A DNA stretch of 64,000 nt. Origin: the human T2T-CHM13v2.0 reference genome, Homo sapiens. The stretch is taken from NCBI RefSeq assembly GCF_009914755.1, contig NC_060935.1, one strand, 5' to 3'. Positions 52,701 to 61,700 of this stretch are shown here, in pieces. The translations under genes and the position numbers were made by a program. The notes beneath the pieces were generated by a model. The model did no database searches. It was given only the letters and a program-made list of their open reading frames with translations, and was not told the DNA's origin. The stretch's first letter is position 1; the number at the start of each line of letters is the position of its first letter.

Positions 52701-55700
52701 CAACCCCGACACCCATCTCCACCACCACTACGGTGACCCCAACCCCAACACCCACCGGCACACAGACCCCAACCACGACACCCATCACCACCACCACCAC
52801 GGTGACCCCAACCCCAACACCCACCGGCACACAGACCCCAACAACGACACCCATCAGCACCACCACCACGGTGACCCCAACCCCAACACCCACCGGCACA
52901 CAGACCCCAACATCGACACCCATCACCACCACCACTACGGTGACCCCAACCCCAACACCCACCGGCACACAGACCCCAACCACGACACCCATCACCACCA
53001 CCACCACGGTGACCCCAACCCCAACACCCACTGGCACACAGGCCCCAACCCCAACAGCCATCACCACCACCACTACGGTGACCCCAACCCCAACACCCAC
53101 CGGCACACAGACCCCAACAACGACACCCATCACCACCACCACCATGGTGACCCCAACCCCAACACCCACCGGCACACAGACCCCAACATCGACACCCATC
53201 ACCACCACCACTACGGTGACCCCAACCCCAACACCCACCGGCACACAGACCCCAACCCCGACACCCATCTCCACCACCACTACGGTGACCCCAACCCCAA
53301 CACCCACCGGCACACAGACCCCAACCACGACACCCATCACCACCACCACCACGGTGACCCCAACCCCAACACCCACCGGCACACAGACCCCAACAACGAC
53401 ACCCATCAGCACCACCACCACGGTGACCCCAACCCCAACACCCACCGGCACACAGACCCCAACATCGACACCCATCACCACCACCACTACGGTGACCCCA
53501 ACCCCAACACCCACCGGCACACAGACCCCAACCCCGACACCCATCACCACCACCACCACGGTGACCCCAACCCCAACACCCACCGGCACACAGACCCCAA
53601 CATCGACACCCATCACCACCACCACTACGGTGACCCCAACCCCAACACCCACCGGCACACAGACCCCAACCACGACACCCATCACCACCACCACCACGGT
53701 GACCCCAACCCCAACACCCACCGGCACACAGAGTACAACCCTGACACCCATCACCACCACCACCACGGTGACACCAACCCCAACACCCACCGGCACACAG
53801 ACCCCAACATCGACACCCATCACCACCACCACTACGGTGACCCCAACCCCAACACCCACCGGCACACAGACCCCAACCCCGACACCCATCTCCACCACCA
53901 GTACGGTGACCCCAACCCCAACACCCACCGGCACACAGACCCCAACCATGACACCCATCACCACCACCACCACGGTGACCCCAACCCCAACACCCACCGG
54001 CACACAGACCCCAACATCGACACCCATCACCACCACCACTACGGTGACCCCAACCCCAACACCCACCGGCACACAGACCCCAACCATGACACCCATCACC
54101 ACCACCACCACGGTGACCCCAACCCCAACACCCACTGGCACACAGGCCCCAACCCCAACAGCCATCACCACCACCACTACGGTGACCCCAACCCCAACAC
54201 CCACCGGCACACAGACCCCAACCACGACACCCATCACCACCACCACCACGGTGACCCCAACCCCAACACCCACCGGCACACAGAGTACAACCCTGACACC
54301 CATCACCACCACCACCACGGTGACACCAACCCCAACACCCACCGGCACACAGACCCCAACCCCGACACCCATCTCCACCACCACTACGGTGACCCCAACC
54401 CCAACACCCACCGGCACACAGACCCCAACCATGACACCCATCACCACCACCACCACGGTGACCCCAACCCCAACACCCACCGGCACACAGACCCCAACAA
54501 CGACACCCATCAGCACCACCACCACGGTGACCCCAACCCCAACACCCACCGGCACACAGACCCCAACATCGACACCCATCACCACCACCACTACGGTGAC
54601 CCCAACCCCAACACCCACCGGCACACAGACCCCAACCACGACACCCATCACCACCACCACCACGGTGACCCCAACCCCAACACCCACTGGCACACAGGCC
54701 CCAACCCCAACAGCCATCACCACCACCAGTACGGTGACCCCAACCCCAACACCCACCGGCACACAGACCCCAACCACGACACCCATCACCACCACCACTA
54801 CGGTGACACCAACCCCAACACCCACCGGCACACAGTCCCCAACCCCAACAGCCATCACCACCACCACTACGGTGACCCCAACCCCAACACCCACCGGCAC
54901 ACAGACCCCAACATTGACACCCATCACCACCACCACTACGGTGACCCCAACCCCAACACCCACCGGCACACAGACCCCAACCCCGACACCCATCTCCACC
55001 ACCACTACGGTGACCCCAACCCCAACACCCACCGGCACACAGACCCCAACCACGACACCCATCACCACCACCACCACGGTGACCCCAACCCCGACACCCA
55101 CCGGCACACAGACCCCAACCACGGTACTCATCACCACCACCACTACGATGACCCCAACCCCAACACCCACCAGCACAAAGAGTACAACCGTGACACCCAT
55201 CACCACCACAACTACGGTGACCGCAACCCCAACACCCACCGGCACACAGACCCCAACCATGATACCCATCAGCACCACCACTACGGTGACCCCAACCCCA
55301 ACACCCACCACTGGAAGCACGGGGCCCCCCACCCACACAAGCACAGCACCGATTGCTGAGTTGACCACATCCAATCCTCCGCCTGAGTCCTCAACCCCTC
55401 AGACCTCTCGGTCCACCTCTTCCCCTCTCACGGAGTCAACCACCCTTCTGAGTACCCTACCACCTGCCATTGAGATGACCAGCACGGCCCCACCCTCCAC
55501 ACCCACGGCACCCACGACCACGAGCGGAGGCCACACACTGTCTCCACCGCCCAGCACCACCACGTCCCCTCCAGGTAAGCAGAGCCGCTTGGTTCCTCTG
55601 GCCTGGGATGCTTCTTCCTCCCCTTGTGCCGGGCAGGACTGTCCCAGGAAGGCTCAAGGCACGTTCTGGGCGCCTCTCTGCCCACGAAGCTTGGTCACTG

Positions 55701-58700
55701 TGTGGGCAGAAGCCACTGACACTGGCCAGTGCTGGGCAGTGAAGCCAAAGGCCATTCCGCTTGCCCATAGGACAGCCTTCTGAGGAGCTGCTGACACCGG
55801 CCAGTGCTGGGCAGTGGAGCCCTTGGCTATCCTGCTCGCCCATAAGACGGCCTTCTTCAGGGGCCCACTGCTATGTGATGCGGTGCTGTGGGAGCCCATC
55901 AAGGCTGGGGGGCAGAGAGAGGCTGCCAGTGAGGTGCCTGCGGGTCCACCTGCTTCTGGCTGCAGCCCCTCCTTGGGGCCTTTTCCTGGTGGACGGCATG
56001 CCACAGCCAGTGCCTTCTGGACGCCTCTTGCTGGCCATCGGCTTGGCCAGCAAGCTGTGTTGCTGCCAGAGCACCAGGTCACCTGCAGGCTCTCGTGACA
56101 CTCGGCTGTGGTGATACTGGCCTTGCCGCTCCACCCTGCCTGGTGACTCTGAGAGCCTGGGAGGTGGGCACGAGGCCCTGGTCCTCCAGTTCTGCCACCC
56201 GGTCGGCTGTCTGGCTCCCTTGCAGCTGGGGAGTGGCAGTTGGGACCCTGTGGCATCTGAGATGTGCAACGTCTCAGCCCTCACTGGTGTCTCCTGCTCT
56301 CACAGGCACCCCCACTCGCGGTACCACGACTGGGTCATCTTCAGCCCCCACCCCCAGCACTGTGCAGACGACCACCACCAGTGCCTGGACCCCCACGCCG
56401 ACCCCACTCTCCACACCCAGCATCATCAGGACCACAGGCCTGAGGCCCTACCCTTCCTCTGTGCTTATCTGCTGTGTCCTGAACGACACCTACTACGCAC
56501 CAGGTACTCAGGCTGTTCACATCCTGTGCTTGGGTGGCCGAGGCTGGCCCCGGCATGTACCAATGGGTCAGGTGCCAGGGCTGAGATCGCAGTAGAAGCG
56601 TCTCAGGAGGCAGCAGCCGTCGAGGGTGGCTGTGTCCAGGGCACGGCTTCCCTTGGGTGGCCTCTGTGGGGACCTCCGCTGTGGGGACCTCCACGGGGTC
56701 CAGCGGCTAGCCCTGCCTCCGGCTAGCCCTGCCTCTGGACGGTGTGATCGTGGGTCTGTCTCCCTTCGCAGGTGAGGAGGTGTACAACGGCACATACGGA
56801 GACACCTGTTATTTCGTCAACTGCTCACTGAGCTGTACGTTGGAGTTCTATAACTGGTCCTGCCCATCCACGCCCTCCCCAACACCCACGCCCTCCAAGT
56901 CGACGCCCACGCCTTCCAAGCCATCGTCCACGCCCTCCAAGCCGACGCCCGGCACCAAGCCCCCCGAGTGCCCAGACTTTGATCCTCCCAGACAGGTCAG
57001 TGGGCTGCAGGCGGCTTTGTCCCCATGGCACTCTGCGCAGCATGTCCGGGCAGCTGAGGCCCCAGGCACCACTTCCTGCTGGTCGTCTGAGGGCCGAGGC
57101 CTCCAGCAACCCTTGGGTGCAGGGTCTGCCGAGCCCTCCACATTTTCACCGTGCCCCGCTGTGCCTGGCGAGGTGGCTGGCTGCAGTGAGGTCCGTGGAA
57201 GCCACTTCGGCCTCCAGCCTCCCGGCTCAGCACCCGCCCCTCCTGAGCGCAGACCACCCCATCCTGTGCCGGTCCCCCTGACGTCCCTTGCCTCCCGTCC
57301 CCAGGAGAACGAGACTTGGTGGCTGTGCGACTGCTTCATGGCCACGTGCAAGTACAACAACACGGTGGAGATCGTGAAGGTGGAGTGTGAGCCGCCGCCC
57401 ATGCCCACCTGCTCCAACGGCCTCCAACCCGTGCGCGTCGAGGACCCCGACGGCTGCTGCTGGCACTGGGAGTGCGACTGTGAGTCCGGGGCCCCCAGGC
57501 CCTCCCCGCATCTCCTGCCCTCTCCGTGGGTGGGGGCTGCAGGGCCCGTCTCCCGGGGGCGGAAGGGCTGAGGCTCCTTGGGCACAGATCCCACTGAGGT
57601 GTTCGCTGAGGCTGGGTGACTTCTGAGGGTCTTCTCACAGCCCTGCTTTTGCCTCATTGGGTGGGGAGGGCCTGGGCAGGTGGAGGGCTTGCCTGGTGGA
57701 GTTAGGGCTCCTCCCTGGAACAAGGGTGCTTCTGAGGCAAGAGGGGGCTGAGTTGAAGTTTGAACCCTGGTCCGTCCTGCAGAATGGGCCACTGTGGGTG
57801 CGCCAGGGCAAGTGCAGCTCAGACATCCCCGTGCCCACGCACAGGAGTGGGGTTTTCAGGCCCCAGCTTCCTGCTGGCTCTTCCTGACTATGCCCCAGCC
57901 CAGCCCTTGCACCCGACCCCGGCCGAGGGGCACAGGTGGCACGGCTCACTCCGGCTCCCTTGCAGGCTACTGCACGGGCTGGGGCGACCCGCACTATGTC
58001 ACCTTCGACGGACTCTACTACAGCTACCAGGGCAACTGCACCTACGTGCTGGTGGAGGAGATCAGCCCCTCCGTGGACAACTTCGGAGTTTACATCGACA
58101 ACTACCACTGCGATCCCAACGACAAGGTGTCCTGCCCCCGCACCCTCATCGTGCGCCACGAGACCCAGGAGGTGCTGATCAAGACCGTGCATATGATGCC
58201 CATGCAGGTGCAGGTAGGCACAGCGTGGCCACAGGAGGCTGGCATGGAGGCGGGTGCTGACATGGGCCCCAATGCACCCTGGTTCCCCAGGGGCCAGAGG
58301 ACTGGGCTGTGGGGGTGCCAAGGCATAGCCTCTCCTAGAGCTGGGCTAGAAGGTAGGATGGGGTGGGCGACTGGCTCCGGGACATATCAGCTCTTCCTGC
58401 AGGCCCTCCAGGTGTGTCCTGGGCCCCTCGAGCCCTGGCACCATGCCACGCTGGGCACAGTCTCTGCAGCAGAAGCTGCCTCCTGAGGACAGAGTCAGGG
58501 ACAGGGCTCTGCACACCCTTGGCTGAGATGCCCCTACTTGCAGGGGAATCATTGGTTCTGAGGCTCAGGAGGCCCCGGGAGCCTGCGCCGGGCTCCACAG
58601 TCCCCAGGTGCTCCCAGGAGAGCTCCTTCACTGGCTCACCCATGGGACCAGGGTCTGGTTGGGAGCAGTGGAGTGGAAGCAAGAAAGGGGGCAGGAAAGC

Positions 58701-61700
58701 GGGGTAGGCAGGGCCCTCTCCCTACATGTGTAGGTCAGAGAGCAGGCGGGGTGGGGCAGCCCTGGAGCTCTCACAAGGAGAGGACCGAGGCAGCTGCAGC
58801 TCCCATGGTGTGTCGGCCACAGGTGCAGGTGAACAGGCAGGCGGTGGCACTGCCCTACAAGAAGTACGGGCTGGAGGTGTACCAGTCTGGCATCAACTAC
58901 GTGGTGGACATCCCCGAGCTGGGTGTCCTCGTCTCCTACAATGGCCTGTCCTTCTCCGTCAGGCTGCCCTACCACCGGTTTGGCAACAACACCAAGGGCC
59001 AGTGTGGTGAGTTCCGTGACCCCCATGGCCCCCGAGGCCCCCACGGCTCCCACCGTCCCCTGTGCCCCCATGTCCTGCCCCAGGGCGGGTGGCCAGGCCA
59101 GGCTGAGGCTGAGGCTGCGTGTAAACACCCATGGGCCTGGCTGTGGGCCTCTTGCCCCGCTGCTCGGGGCTGCTGTGGCCATCACCCGGGTTCAGTCTCT
59201 GTGAGGAGCCAACAGGAGGGGGCCTGGCCTGGTCTCTGCCCTCGGCCCTGGCTGGCCGGTCCTGGGCATCTGGGCTGGAGAAGGGCAGGGCTTACCCTGT
59301 CTGCAACGTGGCCTCTCTCACTGATACAGGCACCTGCACCAACACCACCTCCGACGACTGCATTCTGCCCAGCGGGGAGATCGTCTCCAACTGTGAGGCT
59401 GCGGCTGACCAGTGGCTGGTGAACGACCCCTCCAAGCCACACTGCCCCCACAGCAGCTCCACGACCAAGCGCCCGGCCGTCACTGTGCCCGGGGGCGGTA
59501 AAACGACCCCACACAAGGACTGCACCCCATCTCCCCTCTGCCAGCTCATCAAGGACAGGTGACCCCGCCCAGGCCTGCCTGTGGCCACGACACCAATAAG
59601 CTGAGGGCCTCTGTGCCCCAGCCCCCAGCTCTTGCAAAGAGGAAGGAGGCAGCGCGTGGGGCCTGGCGCTGGGGCTGGGAAGGCACGGAGCCGCGGAACC
59701 AGGATCAGGCGCTAGGTCGCCGTGGGGTCCAGGACCCAGGCCCTTGGGTTCCACGGGGCTGAGCTGCTACGTGCGGCCTGTGCCTTTGCTGAACTCCAGT
59801 CTCTCCTGGCTCCCGGGAAGGTGCAGGGCTGGCCGAGTGTGAGGCCCGGAGTAAACCAGTCAACCCAGGACAGAGCTCAGGGCTGATATTGGGAGGGCAG
59901 ATTTGGGCTTTGACAGAGAGGGGGTGCTCCTAACGCTGGCAGTCATGGGGGGTCAGCATCCTGTCCCTGGAAGTATAAGGGCCAGGTATAGGCTGGGTGT
60001 CCATCTGCCAGGGTTGCTGGAGGGGGTCCTGAAGCTGATGACCACATAGACGTGGTTTCTATCTCTGGGAGCCGGGCTGCAGAGCCACCTTGCTCGGCCA
60101 TCCCTTGGTCTGTCCCTGAGCTGTCCCCCTGGCTGGCCTGTCCCTTGACCCTCCATCAGCCACAGGCGCCTCTCTGGCGGGTGCCGGACTCCAGGAGGAC
60201 AGTCCGGGCAGAGACGCTGGGGTAGAGAGCAGGGGAGAGGCAGGTGCCACCTGAGTGTGACCTGTGCCTCTCCCTGCGCAGCCTGTTTGCCCAGTGCCAC
60301 GCACTGGTGCCCCCGCAGCACTACTACGATGCCTGCGTGTTCGACAGCTGCTTCATGCCGGGCTCGAGCCTGGAGTGCGCCAGTCTGCAGGCCTACGCAG
60401 CCCTCTGTGCCCAGCAGAACATCTGCCTCGACTGGCGGAACCACACGCATGGGGCCTGCTGTAAGTGCCCATCTGCCCCTGCCCTGGAGCTGGGGGCCTG
60501 CAGGCCAGACGTGGTCTCTAGGCTCTGCCAGGTGCTGTGCCCAGCCTGAAGCTAGACCTAGATGGGCTGCGGCCAGGGACGCAGAGATGGCGGGTGTGAG
60601 ACCAGGGCTGGGGCCATGGGGTGGGGAAGGCCAGGCTGGAGGGGCTGAGGTGCTGGGGCTTCTGCCAGCATCGCTAAATGCAACTGGGTGCCCACCACCC
60701 AGCTCGGGACAACTTCGAGGGTGGAGGTTGATGCCCAGGCAGCTGGTCACCCTCCTCCGTGTGTGGGGCACTGGGCAGCTGTCACTCAAGGGGGTCCAGG
60801 CTCCTCCGCCTGACATGAGGCAGCCCTCTGACCTCTGCCCATGTCCCTCAGTGGTGGAGTGCCCATCTCACAGGGAGTACCAGGCCTGTGGCCCTGCAGA
60901 AGAGCCCACGTGCAAATCCAGGTATGTTGTTTGAGGGTCCACCAGGACCGTGGGCTCGCCTTCTGCAGTGCGGAGGGTGGCATCATCTGGGCATAGCAGT
61001 CCCACCTGCCAGCTCCCCAGCCCCACCCCACCTGTCTGACAATGCCCTCCCGCCCCCAGCTCCTCCCAGCAGAACAACACAGTCCTGGTGGAAGGCTGCT
61101 TCTGTCCTGAGGGCACCATGAACTACGCTCCTGGCTTTGATGTCTGCGTGAAGACCTGCGGTACGCCACCCACTCACACTGTCCCCTCCTGCCTCCCTCC
61201 TGCCTCCTCCTGGGTGTCCACGGAGGCTGGGACCAGGACGCTGACCACCCCCCACCTCTGATCCCTGTTGCACAAGGACTCTGCTAACACAACTTGTCTC
61301 CTGGGTGTCCATGGAGGCTGGGACCAGGAGGCTGACCACCCCCACCCCTGCTCCCTGCTGCACAAGGACTCTGCTAACACAACTTGTTTCTTCCCTCTTC
61401 CTAGGCTGTGTGGGACCTGACAATGTGCCCAGAGAGGTAGGCCCCACCGTGTTGCTGGGGGATCCTTCCACAAATTCTGAATTCTGGGGAGTGAGGGATG
61501 GACATGAAAACCTGGAGCCTCAAAGATTGAGGAATGAGGTCATCTAAGTCCTGGATGGCTGAGTTGGCATGGACACCACCCACTCACCCACCCATCCTTC
61601 CACCCACCCACTCATCCACCTGTGCACCCATCTACCCACTCACCTACCCCTCCATCCTTCCACCTACCTAGTCATCACCCACTCATCTATGCACCCCCCC

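Noticed and set aside
48370-55374. 2,334-aa Val/Gly-rich minus-strand ORF and 1,461-aa Gly/Cys/Trp ORF
   Set aside because: Mirror images of the Thr/Pro VNTR; stop-free by composition, with no promoter or splice support
55575-55783. C-terminal tail GKQSRL..RTAF of the long ORF
   Set aside because: Intron 30 read-through past a consensus donor; no poly(A) signal seen nearby to support a terminal exon
57983-57994. GDPH only in D4, and CGLC in D1 and D3 but not D2 or D4
   Set aside because: Real but well-described features of MUC2; not novel
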